From positions 224,001 to 288,000 of the forward strand of contig JBFWWG010000004.1 in the NCBI GenBank assembly GCA_050246315.1: 64,000 nucleotides of DNA. Reading direction: 5' to 3'. Shown here in pieces: positions 19,560 to 29,510 of the stretch. The first letter of the stretch is position 1; every line of letters starts with the position of its first letter. The notes under the pieces are model-generated. The model had not been told where the DNA came from. It did no database searches and worked only from the letters and a program-made list of their open reading frames with translations. Both the position numbers and the translations under genes were made by a program. This DNA comes from Nitrospiraceae bacterium (GTDB taxonomy: Bacteria; Nitrospirota; Nitrospiria; Nitrospirales; Nitrospiraceae).

Positions 19560-19916
19560 TTACCGGGCTTTCAGCTTGGCTTCCAGGTAGGCTTTCAGTG
19601 CGACCGCATTGTTATGTTTCAGGTCATGCGCGGCACAGAGCAGCGTCACGGTTCCCTCCCGAGCCGCCTCCAGGAGCGATTGCCAGCCATCGGGATTATC
19701 GTCCAGCTCGGCGCGATAGCGATGCTGGAACTCGGTCCAGCGCTTCGGATCGTGCCCAAACCACTTCCGCAGACTCCCACTGGGAGCGACATCTTTTAGC
19801 CAGCCTGCCAGACGAAGCTCTTCTTTCTTGACGGCTCGTGGCCAGAGGCGATCGACCAGGAAACGAGCGCCGTCCCCGCGGGCGGCCGGTTCGTAGACGC
19901 GCTTGATGCGAATCAT
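19560..19916 (-). CDS. DUF488 (YeaO-like) protein
   Basis: IKRVYEP...DG.RFLVDRLWPR..KKE...WLKDVAPS..LRKWFGH...HNNAVAL. Confidence 0.92.
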   Translation of the reverse strand: MIRIKRVYEPAARGDGARFLVDRLWPRAVKKEELRLAGWLKDVAPSGSLRKWFGHDPKRWTEFQHRYRAELDDNPDGWQSLLEAAREGTVTLLCAAHDLKHNNAVALKAYLEAKLKAR

Positions 19917-19945
19917 CGCCTTTCCTTTCCCGAGGGTCATCCGGC

Positions 19946-20269
19946 TCATCCTCGCCCCAACTGAGCCTTGGCTGCGTCGCTCATCATGTCCGGCCGCCAA
20001 GGCGGATCCCATACAAGATCGACCTCCACCGAACGGGCTTCGGGCAGCTCCCGCAGGATGGCTGAATGCACCATCTCCATCAAGAGTTCTTCCATCGGGC
20101 AGGCCGGCGTCGTCATGGTCATCCTGACATGGACTTGGCTGTCCCGCACCTCGGTTCCATAGACCAACCCAAGATCGACGATATTGACTCCCAGCTCGGG
20201 GTCCACGACCTGCCGCAACGCGTCGAGCACTTGAGTCTGTAAGCCGGTCGTCTGAGTAGGGTCCGCCAT
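19946..20269 (-). CDS. metal-sulfur cluster assembly factor (DUF59/SufT-like)
   Basis: VVDPELGVNIVDLGLVY, MTMTTPACP, LVWDPPW. Confidence 0.92.
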   Translation of the reverse strand: MADPTQTTGLQTQVLDALRQVVDPELGVNIVDLGLVYGTEVRDSQVHVRMTMTTPACPMEELLMEMVHSAILRELPEARSVEVDLVWDPPWRPDMMSDAAKAQLGRG

Positions 20270-20320
20270 TCGATTACCTTCCTCTCTCGTTGTTGCCCGA
20301 CCTCCGTCGAACCCCGTCCC

Positions 20321-21421
20321 TCATGATGCTCCCGCTTTGACCGTAGCCGCGTCCTTGACCGGGTTCCGAAGAGCATAGACCGTGTTGGCGAGAAAGAACA
20401 ACAGGGCCAGGACGTTCAGCAAGCCGCCTACCTGACGTCCAGCCCCCCACCCGATCAGGTCGCCCGCGAGCCGAAGGACCAATGTGACCTGGAGCAGGAT
20501 CGCGTGCGCATAAAACATCGGTCGAAAAGCCATCCTGGCGCCGAGCACAGCCGGGAAAATGATCGGCGCATGGCCGAAAATCATCGCGAAGACAAAGCCA
20601 AGGAAAAAGGCATGCAGCATCGCGTCGTACTGCGGCCCGGCAGAGACTCCGCCAAAGACGACCGCCAGTAGCCCGCTGAGCCCGAGCCAGACGTATCCCG
20701 AGAGGAGACAGACCGCGATGAATCGTGTGATCCCTGTTTGCCTCACGGTGCGCCGTGCAATGTCGTGCCTTCCCAACCACAAGGCAAGGCCGACCATACC
20801 GGCTCCAACCAGACGCACTCCGATGTCGAAGGAAAAACCGATCACGATCAACCCCATCAGAACGCTGGCGAGCGTGAGCAGAAAGCTTGCTTGGCTGCCC
20901 GGTGACAGTTGCTGTAATCGAGCCAACTCCTGCCGTTCCCCGGCGATGGTCAACAAGAGAAAGCCCGCCCACCAAAAGACGAAATGGGCAATCGGCCAAC
21001 CCCAAAGCCAGAGGAGGTTCCCCGCGACCCAGCAGGCCGCACCGAGTCCCATCGTTACCGTGTAGAGGGCCGGCCGGAGCCGAATGATCACCGCAAAGAT
21101 CGCGACAAGCCCGAGACTCCCGGCCAGAATCAGGACCGGTGCGCCAGAACCCTGAAACCCGGCGATCAGACCAAGTCCGCCCAATCCACTCAGCAGCGGT
21201 GCGGCATAGGCCCAGCGACGCCCTAACGCCACCGCTCGCTCCAGGCCGATGAGCGTGCCGAGGAAGCCGGAGATCATCAGCGGACCATGAACCGCAGGCA
21301 GAATCGGCTGCAACGGAGGAATGTCCCACCCCAGGCGCAGCAACCCTGCCCAGAGCCCCGTCAAGAGCGCAATCATCCCCAGTGCAAGGAGGGGCAGCCG
21401 TTGAGGATGTCGGATGATCAT
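20321..21421 (-). CDS. polytopic membrane protein with conserved His residues (NnrS-like superfamily, tentative)
   Basis: HGPLMISGFLGTLIGLERAVAL, LTIAGER.EL, YDAMLHAFFLGFVFAMIFGHAPIIFP. Start set at MIIRHPQ. Confidence 0.7.
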   Translation of the reverse strand: MIIRHPQRLPLLALGMIALLTGLWAGLLRLGWDIPPLQPILPAVHGPLMISGFLGTLIGLERAVALGRRWAYAAPLLSGLGGLGLIAGFQGSGAPVLILAGSLGLVAIFAVIIRLRPALYTVTMGLGAACWVAGNLLWLWGWPIAHFVFWWAGFLLLTIAGERQELARLQQLSPGSQASFLLTLASVLMGLIVIGFSFDIGVRLVGAGMVGLALWLGRHDIARRTVRQTGITRFIAVCLLSGYVWLGLSGLLAVVFGGVSAGPQYDAMLHAFFLGFVFAMIFGHAPIIFPAVLGARMAFRPMFYAHAILLQVTLVLRLAGDLIGWGAGRQVGGLLNVLALLFFLANTVYALRNPVKDAATVKAGAS

Positions 21422-21465
21422 CGTCAGCTCGGTCGTGAATTGTCGCGTCAGCTTGCCAACGCCGG

Positions 21466-23106
21466 TCAGTGCGGAAGCGATTTCAGCCGCTCGGTCAGTC
21501 GGAGGTTCTCTCCATAGTCCACCGGGCAATCGATGACCGACGGCACCTTGCTCGTGAACGCCCTGGCGAGGATCGGCCGAAGCTCCGATCGTTCCGTCAC
21601 CCGATAGCCCGTCGCTCCGAAACTCTCCGCGTAGCGCACAAGGTCGGGATTGCCGAATTCCACGGAAGAGGTCCGGCCATACCGAACTTGCTGCTTCCAC
21701 CGGATGACCCCGTACCCGTCATCCCGCCAGATCAGAATGACCAATGGCAGACCCAGGCGGACCGCCGTCTCCAATTCCTGGGAGTTCATCAGAAAGCCGC
21801 CGTCGCCCATGACCGCGATCACCCGGCGCTCGGGATATAACAGTTTGGCGGCGATCGCACCGGGCAAGGCGATCCCCATCGTCGCAAAGCCGTTGGAGAT
21901 GATGCAGGAATTGGGCATCTCGCAAGAAAACATGCGGGCCATCCACAGCTTATGGGCGCCGACATCGCAGAGCACGAGGTCATCCGAATTCAGCGCGCTC
22001 CGCAAGTCTCGCATCACATGTTGCGGCCGCATGGGCCAGGACGAAGGGCTGTCCGATTCAGCCTCAAACCCATCGATCACGGTCCGACGCGCCGCATGAG
22101 CCCAGGACACATCGAACGGTTCGAGGCCAGCCCCGACCAGATCGAGAGACAGGCGAAGATCCCCCAGGAGACCCACATCGACAATGTAATGTTCATCGAC
22201 CTCCGCCGGCGAGACATCGATATGGACGATGAGCTTGTCCCGGCGCGGATTCCAGAAGCAGGGGGCATATTCCACGAAATCATAGCCCAGCGCGATGACC
22301 ACATCGGCTCGTTCCATCACGAGCGAGGCATAGTCCCGGGCTTGGAGGCCGATCGTGTAGAGCGACAGCGGATCGCTGTCCGGCAGCACACCCTTGGCCA
22401 TGAACGTGTGCAGGACAGGAATCTGCAATCGCCGCGCAAACTGTCTGACCCCTTCGGCAGCGCGACCGCGAATCACGCCGTTGCCGGCGAGAATCACCGG
22501 ACGTCGTGCCCGTTCGATCGTCTGGATCGCCCGAGTCACCTGCGCACGCGACGGCTCGGGGAGGATCGGGGCCTGGACAAACAGCGGCTCCATGGCGTGA
22601 GCATCGGCGATCGTCGCTTCCGCCACATCCTCCGGAATTTCCAGATGCGTCGCGCCGGGCTTTTCCGTCTGTGCGATCTTGAACGCCTTCCGCACCGCTT
22701 CGGGAATGACCTCCGGCTTCGGAAGCGAGGTATTCCATTTGGTGACGGGTTTGAACATCGAGCAGACGTCGATGTACTGATGCGATTCCTTGTGGCGGCG
22801 ATTCAGCGAGGCCTGCCCGCTGATGGCGACCAGCGGGGCCCGGTCCAGGTAGGCGTCTACGACGCCGGTCAGAAGGTTCGTCGCGCCCGGCCCCAAGGTG
22901 GATAGACACACCCCGGGCCGTCCGCTGAGCCTGCCATAGACGTCGGCCATGAACGCGGCTCCCTGTTCGTGCCGCGTCTCGATAAAGCGAATCCGAGAAT
23001 CCAGGAGAACATCCATCAGCTCCAAGGTCTCCTCGCCGGGGAGACCGAAGACCAGTTGGACGCCTTCATTTTCCAGACAACGCACCAGCAGTTCAGCCGC
23101 CTTCAT
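21466..23106 (-). CDS. acetolactate synthase large subunit (ThDP-dependent)
   Basis: FGLPGEE, RHEQGAAFMA, TLGPGATN, GDGGFLMNSQELET ThDP motif. Confidence 0.92.
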   Translation of the reverse strand: MKAAELLVRCLENEGVQLVFGLPGEETLELMDVLLDSRIRFIETRHEQGAAFMADVYGRLSGRPGVCLSTLGPGATNLLTGVVDAYLDRAPLVAISGQASLNRRHKESHQYIDVCSMFKPVTKWNTSLPKPEVIPEAVRKAFKIAQTEKPGATHLEIPEDVAEATIADAHAMEPLFVQAPILPEPSRAQVTRAIQTIERARRPVILAGNGVIRGRAAEGVRQFARRLQIPVLHTFMAKGVLPDSDPLSLYTIGLQARDYASLVMERADVVIALGYDFVEYAPCFWNPRRDKLIVHIDVSPAEVDEHYIVDVGLLGDLRLSLDLVGAGLEPFDVSWAHAARRTVIDGFEAESDSPSSWPMRPQHVMRDLRSALNSDDLVLCDVGAHKLWMARMFSCEMPNSCIISNGFATMGIALPGAIAAKLLYPERRVIAVMGDGGFLMNSQELETAVRLGLPLVILIWRDDGYGVIRWKQQVRYGRTSSVEFGNPDLVRYAESFGATGYRVTERSELRPILARAFTSKVPSVIDCPVDYGENLRLTERLKSLPH

Positions 23107-23253
23107 ACGGGCCTCGTTTCAAGAGGATTTTGCGTCCCGAGGAGACAAGTCGGTCCGCGACCCACGGAGCACCTTGATCTTAACAACCTTGGGCCGGCCA
23201 TGGAACGGAACAGGCTGCGCGCCGACAACAGCCGGAGATCGTCGAGGCTGCGC

Positions 23254-23616
23254 TTAACGGTTATAGTTGGCGACGACTCTGGCGATCTGACCTTGCGCAT
23301 CCAGCTCCATGAATTCTCCCGCCTTCGTGCCCTTCTGGTTCACGTAATACAGCACGAGGCTGGAAATCCCCCACAGCACATCCAAAAGTTCGAACCTCAG
23401 ATCGGGATAGACCTCCAAACCCTGTCTGAAGTAGGCCCTCAGCGCGTCCTTTCCTTTCACCGTTCCCGTTGGAGTATTCAGGAGCGTCGCGGCAATGGGC
23501 GAAACCAAGACGATCTGGTCCGCATAATGCGACAAAATCGATTCGAGATCGTGAGCATTCCACGCGCGGAGCCAGTCATCCGCTAGTAGCCGAGCCGTCT
23601 GTTCGGTCAGCATCAT
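23254..23616 (-). CDS. NTF2/SnoaL-like protein
   Basis: WLRAWNAHDLESILSHYAD...GKDALRAYF...YPDLRFEL. Confidence 0.88.
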   Translation of the reverse strand: MMLTEQTARLLADDWLRAWNAHDLESILSHYADQIVLVSPIAATLLNTPTGTVKGKDALRAYFRQGLEVYPDLRFELLDVLWGISSLVLYYVNQKGTKAGEFMELDAQGQIARVVANYNR

Positions 23617-23722
23617 TCCCCTCTCACAACTCAGCCTGTCTCCGTTTCGCCGCGGGCTCAAAAGAGAACACAAGACCCCAGACCTGAACCGCCAGAGTCC
23701 GGGATCATCAGCTCCTCTTGCC

Positions 23723-24337
23723 CTAGCGCCGCTTCGCCCTCCTGGTACTCTTTCTTGCTTCCGGCTTCTTCTTGGCTCCCGGTCTCTTCTTTTGTTTGTT
23801 GGAGCCTGACGTCGCGGCCGACGAGGCGGACACCGCACGCACGAGATACGACCCGATATGCGGAGCCCGCTGATCCAGGGACAGCAAGGGGTTGACCTCC
23901 GTGTGGGAATTCATGGGCTTGGTGATGTTGAGGGACAGAAACCTGACGAACCACTGCGGGTTCCCGCCATTGATGCCATGGGAGGTGATCTTGGATTGCG
24001 TATTGCTGCTCGGGGCCGCGGCGTATTGCTTGCCGTTCATCAGATCCAACAGGACTTCGATCCCCGTGTGGTTGCGCCCGTCGTTGGGTGACGGCGTGAA
24101 GGCAGGCTCGCTCAGTCCCTTGGTAATACCGGCGTGGGCATAGAGCGTTCCAAGGTCTGCACCGGTGGCGTATCGGAAGCCGTGTGTGGTCGTCAATGCG
24201 CCGAATCCGCCCAGCACTTCGCTGGCCGATCGATTGGTCGTTACGGTCAGGTTGAGCCATTCCAAATTGGTTTCCGTGTCCAACGTGAGCAATTGATCAC
24301 CACTGCCGGGTACGAGATCTTTCTGAATCAATGCCAT
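23723..24337 (-). CDS. hypothetical protein with a Lys/Arg-rich C-terminal tail
   Basis: SD GGAGGAG; LTLDTETNLEWLNL..T.NRS...GFRYAT motif; basic tail. Confidence 0.7.
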   Translation of the reverse strand: MALIQKDLVPGSGDQLLTLDTETNLEWLNLTVTTNRSASEVLGGFGALTTTHGFRYATGADLGTLYAHAGITKGLSEPAFTPSPNDGRNHTGIEVLLDLMNGKQYAAAPSSNTQSKITSHGINGGNPQWFVRFLSLNITKPMNSHTEVNPLLSLDQRAPHIGSYLVRAVSASSAATSGSNKQKKRPGAKKKPEARKSTRRAKRR

Positions 24338-24441
24338 AACAATCTCCTCCATTTATAAGATTAGGTTCGTCAACGAGCTGAGCGTGGACGGATCGCTCTC
24401 TCCGATTGCCTCTGTCACTTCTCGCATGCCCTCCGGGCGAC

Positions 24442-25464
24442 CTAGCGAAACGACACGAGCATTTGTTCTAGCGAGCCGGGCACCGAGTGCAGCTCGGTTC
24501 GACCAAAGCCTGTGGCGCAGAACATCCGCTCGTATTCCTTGAACGTGTACGCGTCCCCTTCCGGCGTCGTGGCAAGCATGATCAGGCTGAACTCGGCTAC
24601 GAGGGGCGGCGTGACGCGATCGTCGTTGGGCACGAACTCCAGGGTAAGAACCCGCCCGCTCGGCGCGAGGCATCGATGGATCTTGCGGAGCAACGTTTCA
24701 CATGTGGCGGGAGGAAAGTGATGGAGAAAATTGGTGAGGAGCACCAGGTCGTATCCTGCCCCGAACTCCTGCTGGAAGGCATCTCCGGCGATGGTCCGGT
24801 AGCGATCCTGAACACCGGCGCGGCGCGCGAGATCCTGCGCGACGACTAAGACGTTCGGCCAGTCGAGCGCGACGATCTCGGCGTGAGGGCACCGTTTGGC
24901 GATCTCGACCCCGAACAGCCCGTGTCCCGCTGCAATGTCCAAGACCTTTTTCACGTCCGGCTGAGTGCGACTCACAAAGTGGGCCATCTCCTCTGCCGGC
25001 TTGACCGTCATGGGGATCATGGATTTGGCGAAATCGACCCAAAGCGGATGTTCAGGCGCAACGGTCCCCGCCTCACCGGTCACGGTGCCTCCCTTTCGGA
25101 CCGCCCCTGTGAGGTTCTGGAAGGCCTCAACAAATCTCGGTGCGTGCAGGAAGCCCAGCACGGACCCCATATAGGCCGGAGACCGTCGATCGAGAAACAA
25201 CTCCGAATCGGGCGTCAGCCTGTACCGGTTATCTTCCTTCACGATGAAGCCCTGGATGGTCAGATAGTCCGCGAGGATCCGCACACCTCGTTCCGCCGCC
25301 CCGCAGCGTTGCGCAAGAGCGTCGGTGGAACCCTTCCCCTCCCCAATAGCAGTGAACAGATCCAGTTCGACGGCCGCCTTCAGCGCTTGCGTTCGATGGT
25401 AGGCATTGGCGGTCTGAAAAAACAGTTGAGGCGTGGGGCCACCGGCCTGATCCTGAGTCGGCAT
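24442..25464 (-). CDS. SAM-dependent O-methyltransferase with dimerisation domain
   Basis: ALKAAVELDLF winged helix; VLDIAAGHG, AGDAF, NFLHHF. Confidence 0.9.
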   Translation of the reverse strand: MPTQDQAGGPTPQLFFQTANAYHRTQALKAAVELDLFTAIGEGKGSTDALAQRCGAAERGVRILADYLTIQGFIVKEDNRYRLTPDSELFLDRRSPAYMGSVLGFLHAPRFVEAFQNLTGAVRKGGTVTGEAGTVAPEHPLWVDFAKSMIPMTVKPAEEMAHFVSRTQPDVKKVLDIAAGHGLFGVEIAKRCPHAEIVALDWPNVLVVAQDLARRAGVQDRYRTIAGDAFQQEFGAGYDLVLLTNFLHHFPPATCETLLRKIHRCLAPSGRVLTLEFVPNDDRVTPPLVAEFSLIMLATTPEGDAYTFKEYERMFCATGFGRTELHSVPGSLEQMLVSFR

Positions 25465-25587
25465 AAGCGGGTCCTCCTCGTGGGGTTCTTTACCAGAGAA
25501 ACAGGCAGAAGCTACCGGTCGAGAACAATCGTGTCAACCTCCCGTGTTGAGTCGCGTATCGATCGAATGCGCCCGCTCGCTGCGGCG

Positions 25588-26076
25588 TCACCGATGAGGC
25601 GGCGTTGACACTGTCTCGTTCAGGAGCTGTTGCAGTTGATCGAGAAAGCCCCGCTGTCCCTGCTGCAATTTCGTTCGGGCAGTGGCGAGATCGTACCAGG
25701 CCCCACGGTCCACCTCGGGAAACTCTTGCATCGTCCCGGAACGAGGCGGCCATTCCATCGAAACGGTGTTGCTGTTCAGCCCGGTCTCGTCCACGTCCCC
25801 CTCCACAGCCCATACCGACACCACCTTGCCGCTGGGTTGTTTCAATGGTGAGAGCGCGCAAAATGGCCCATTCACTTCGGAGCCGGTTTCCTCGTGGAAT
25901 TCGCGTTTCGCCGCGGCCAAGGCATCGTCGCCCTCGTGATACTCGCCTTTGGGAATCGACCAGGCCCCGTCATCCTTCTTGGACCAGAAGGGCCCGCCTG
26001 GATGAACCAGCAAGACCTGCAGGCCCTCCTGCCTCCGTCGATAGAGCAGAATACCGGCGCTCAATGTCTTCGCCAC
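25588..26076 (-). CDS. NUDIX hydrolase
   Basis: LVHPGGPFW..KD.GAWSIPKGE...AAKREFHEETG Nudix box. Confidence 0.92.
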   Translation of the reverse strand: MAKTLSAGILLYRRRQEGLQVLLVHPGGPFWSKKDDGAWSIPKGEYHEGDDALAAAKREFHEETGSEVNGPFCALSPLKQPSGKVVSVWAVEGDVDETGLNSNTVSMEWPPRSGTMQEFPEVDRGAWYDLATARTKLQQGQRGFLDQLQQLLNETVSTPPHR

Positions 26077-26214
26077 GAATCGCCTCTCGAAGAACCTTAC
26101 AGTCTGAGGAGGAGATGTTCAACACGCACTTCCGACCTTTTATTTTCGCGTCGTCTCCGCCTTCTCGTCCTTCCCTTTTCTTTGCCATTGAACCGGCGCA
26201 TACTCGCGCAGCTT

Positions 26215-26808
26215 ATGACTTATCCACTCCTTCGATTTGCCCACCTGGTCGGCGTCACGCTCATGGGAGCAGGCTTGATCGGCGTGTGGCTGGCGGATTT
26301 GCGCTCCCGCCAAGTGCAAGACCTCGTCCGGTTCGCCGAGGCCGTCCGGAACATCGCAGTCTTTTACGATGGAGTGGTGGTGCCGGGGGCGGTGATGCTC
26401 TTCGTCTCGGGCGCCTGGATGACCGCCGAGGTTTGGGGTGGCTGGGAGTTCACGCAACAGCCCTGGCTGGCCGGCATGATTCTATTGTTCGTGATTGAAT
26501 TCGTGGAGGGCAACACCGTCACACGGCTGTATTTCATGCGGCTTCGGCGTCTGACAAACGAGGCATTGGTGTCGGGAGCCCCGACAGCGGAACTCAGCCG
26601 CGCGCGGCAGGAACACCTCCCGACGTTCACACACTTCCTGGATATTCCTATCTTGATGGTCATCATCTCGCTCGGGGCGATCCGACCCATGACCTGGACG
26701 CAATTCGCTGTCGGCACCATCTGCGGGCTCTTTGTCGCCGCAGCCCTGACCTTTTGGATTCCCCGCCTCTATCCCTGGACGCCGCCGGAACCCAGCAAAC
26801 CGATTTAG
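26215..26808 (+). CDS. DUF2269-like integral membrane protein
   Basis: LRFAHLVG at the N-terminus and 4-5 TM helices. Confidence 0.7.
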   Translation: MTYPLLRFAHLVGVTLMGAGLIGVWLADLRSRQVQDLVRFAEAVRNIAVFYDGVVVPGAVMLFVSGAWMTAEVWGGWEFTQQPWLAGMILLFVIEFVEGNTVTRLYFMRLRRLTNEALVSGAPTAELSRARQEHLPTFTHFLDIPILMVIISLGAIRPMTWTQFAVGTICGLFVAAALTFWIPRLYPWTPPEPSKPI

Positions 26809-26894
26809 TCACCTGACTGGCCGAAAGCGGCACGGTGAATCTCGGCAGTTCCTCGAACGGAACAGCGGAGGCGATTGCAACCACTCCTACGACC

Positions 26895-27066
26895 TTGGGA
26901 TCCCCTCCCACACTACCTTACCTCGCAAGCGGCGAATCCCTTCCTAACCCTTGACCTGAATAAGCCGTCGCAACCCCTCCTCGACCACCGCGCGCTTGGT
27001 CGCAAGCCCTGCCGCCTTCATGGCCTGCCGCATCAAGCTGTTATCGATCACGATAGCGGTGCGCAT
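26895..27066 (-). pseudogene. orphan VapB-type antitoxin pseudogene
   Basis: MRTAIVIDNSLMRQAMKAAGLATKRAVVEEGLRRLIQVKG*EGIRRLRGKVVWEG with in-frame TAG at 26944-26946. No toxin gene follows. Confidence 0.75.
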
Positions 27067-27332
27067 GGGTCCTCCAAGAATGGCGTGTGTACGATCATAA
27101 TCGTGTCAGATCTTGCGATCACGCATCGACAAGAAGAACGATCTGCGGAGACATGCTCGCGCTCGCCTTCTTCTTGCAGACCACCGGCTGTCCGATCACA
27201 CTCGCACGAGTCCCGTCAAAGGAACCAACCAGCCATCTGCCTGAACTCCATCTCTGCTTGCCCGATCGTGAAGGGCGTGTAATTCTACTGTGACTGATCG
27301 AGACCGCCCATCCCACTCACTGGCAGCGCACG

Positions 27333-27905
27333 TTGGACATCCGCAACAATCGCTCCATTCCCTTGGTTGTATCTGCACTAGCAGGCCTGCTGGTCTGTCT
27401 TGTCATTTCGATCGTCACGGGGCGTAAGGAGGCCTGGGATTCCGAGGTTTATTTCTCCGTCGGCATCCCCATCATGTGCGCGCTGATCTTTGCCATCGGC
27501 TACCGCTTTCCTGAGCGAGCCTGGCGCTGGACCCTGAGCCCACATTATTCATGATGGTTCGTGACGAAACCGCCAAGACGCCAAGCGAGACGGGCACGCG
27601 GAGCCCCGAGGGGGCGAAGCATACTTGAAACAGTATGTTGAGGCCAAGAGGGGCGAGCCTGCCCGCTTGGGAGCCGAGAACTCGCTCCCAAGCTCGTCGC
27701 AGCGGCGTATCGGCGGTTGCAGTAGAAGCGTTCATGAATAATGTGGGTTAGCATGGCCGTCGGCCAGGCCATTGCCATGCTGTCGGCGGGCAATTCCCTC
27801 TCGCTCTGGCCACTGTCGCTTATCGCCATGGCGGTGCTGTCGGTTCCGCAGTTTGTGGTCGGATCGGTGGCGAGCAGACTGGCGATTCGGAAGCCCCGCG
27901 CGTGA
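27333..27905 (+). pseudogene. membrane protein gene interrupted by a MITE
   Basis: Removing 27539-27747 plus one 4-bp flank rejoins ...AWRWTLS and MAVGQAIAML...RKPRA* in frame. Confidence 0.85.
27539..27747. mobile_element. MITE family 1, copy 1 (209 bp)
   Basis: Perfect TIR CCCACATTATTCATGA...TCATGAATAATGTGGG; flanks TGAG/TTAG; homologous to 33266-33486. Confidence 0.88.
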
Positions 27906-27931
27906 CCAGACATTTCGGGTATAGTGGGGCC

Positions 27932-28825
27932 ATGGCTTCCGGCTCTCATACGCGCCTGGGGCACTCCGCTCCGCGACGGACACGCCGGGCATGGCCGGTG
28001 TTCTCGACATTCCGGCGCCTCATCTGGTCCGGCTGGCGCTTGTTCCGCTCGATGTTCTCCGCCATCATGGCCACGCCGCCGGTGATGCGAGCCGGTCTTG
28101 GCAGCATGGTCGTGCTGCTTCTGTTGCTGACTGGCAATTGGATCTACCATGCGATCCACAAACCGAGCGAGATCTTCTTTCCCTTGGACGGCACGTTCGC
28201 CAAGAGTCCGCGCGAAACCTGGCGGGAGTACGGTTCTCTCTTCCAAGACCATTCCACCGCGGTCATCACGCCCGAGTTGCTGGCGGCGCTCGCCCAGGTC
28301 GAAGGGTCGGGCAACCCCGTGGCGCGGACCTACTGGCGTTGGCGTCTGACATCGAACCCCTTGGAGCTGTACCAACCGGCGTCGAGTGCGGTCGGCATGT
28401 ACCAAATCACCGACGGCACGTTTGACGAGGCGAAGCGCTACTGCATCCACGAGCACGTGGTGATCGCGGAGGGCCCCTGGCACGATATGAAGTCGTGCTG
28501 GTTCAACAGCCTCTACTTCCGCGTCCTGCCGAGCCACGCCATCGAGATGACCGCGGCCCTGCTCGACCGTCAGGTCGGGAGCACGATCGAACGACAGCGC
28601 CTCACCGCCACCCTCCAACAAAAACAGAACCTGGCTGCGGTGATTCATTTGTGCGGAGCCGGGGCGGGTCAAGCCTATGCGGCACGCGGCTTCCGCCTGC
28701 TCCCCCGGCAGAAATGCGGCGACCACGAGGTCGGCGCCTACCTCGCACGCGTGAATACGATGAAGCGACAGTTCGCCCGGCTGAAGATCGTCGATTCCCC
28801 ATCTCCTGTTCTCAAAGCTCGGTGA
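27932..28825 (+). CDS. lytic transglycosylase (SLT-like) domain protein
   Basis: N-terminal TM anchor; ELLAALAQVEGSGN catalytic Glu motif; SAVGMYQIT..TF. Confidence 0.82.
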   Translation: MASGSHTRLGHSAPRRTRRAWPVFSTFRRLIWSGWRLFRSMFSAIMATPPVMRAGLGSMVVLLLLLTGNWIYHAIHKPSEIFFPLDGTFAKSPRETWREYGSLFQDHSTAVITPELLAALAQVEGSGNPVARTYWRWRLTSNPLELYQPASSAVGMYQITDGTFDEAKRYCIHEHVVIAEGPWHDMKSCWFNSLYFRVLPSHAIEMTAALLDRQVGSTIERQRLTATLQQKQNLAAVIHLCGAGAGQAYAARGFRLLPRQKCGDHEVGAYLARVNTMKRQFARLKIVDSPSPVLKAR

Positions 28826-28895
28826 CAGGGTGTTCCGGCCATTGCCTTGCCCATCGTCTTGCTAATCATCCGGCCTTCGGCTAAGAATCCGTAGG

Positions 28896-29426
28896 ATGAA
28901 GCCCATCAGCCGCGGCGCACAGCCGGTGATTCGCATCAGACCAGGGACTGAAGATGATTTCTCGTCGGTGCTCCAGGTACAACAGGAGGCCTTCGAGGAA
29001 TATGCCGCTGTCTACGAGGTCAGCGCCTGGACCAGGGAAACGATCGAGAGTCTCAGGCAGGACGCGCGGGATAAACATCTGCTGGTGGCCGAGGTGGGCG
29101 GTGCGATCGTGGGGTCGGTACGCTATTGGACCGTGGCCGGAGTCTGTGTGATCCGCTTACTCTCCGTCAGTCCTACCCACCAAAGACAGGGCGTGGGAAA
29201 AGCCCTGATGCAGGAGATCGAGCGGGTCACCTCCGATGCCCATAAGTTCTATGCCTGCACGATGCTCCGCACGGCGCGGAATGTTCATTTTTTTCTCAGC
29301 TTGGGATACAGGCCGGAAACCGTACTCCCCAACCACTACCATCATCTCGATCTCATCTGCTTCGCCAAGTATCGCGAGCCGGCAACGGCGCAGGCGGCAT
29401 CCTTCTCGACGGGAGCGACCTCATAG
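28896..29426 (+). CDS. GNAT N-acetyltransferase
   Basis: LSVSPTHQRQGVGKALM acetyl-CoA motif; N..FF.SLGY. Confidence 0.9.
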   Translation: MKPISRGAQPVIRIRPGTEDDFSSVLQVQQEAFEEYAAVYEVSAWTRETIESLRQDARDKHLLVAEVGGAIVGSVRYWTVAGVCVIRLLSVSPTHQRQGVGKALMQEIERVTSDAHKFYACTMLRTARNVHFFLSLGYRPETVLPNHYHHLDLICFAKYREPATAQAASFSTGATS

Positions 29427-29510
29427 ATTCCAAGCCACCCCGCCAACTGTCGAATGCAACGCTTCACACCCGAAGAATCGTGACCACAAGAAAACCCAGG
29501 ACTGAGATCC

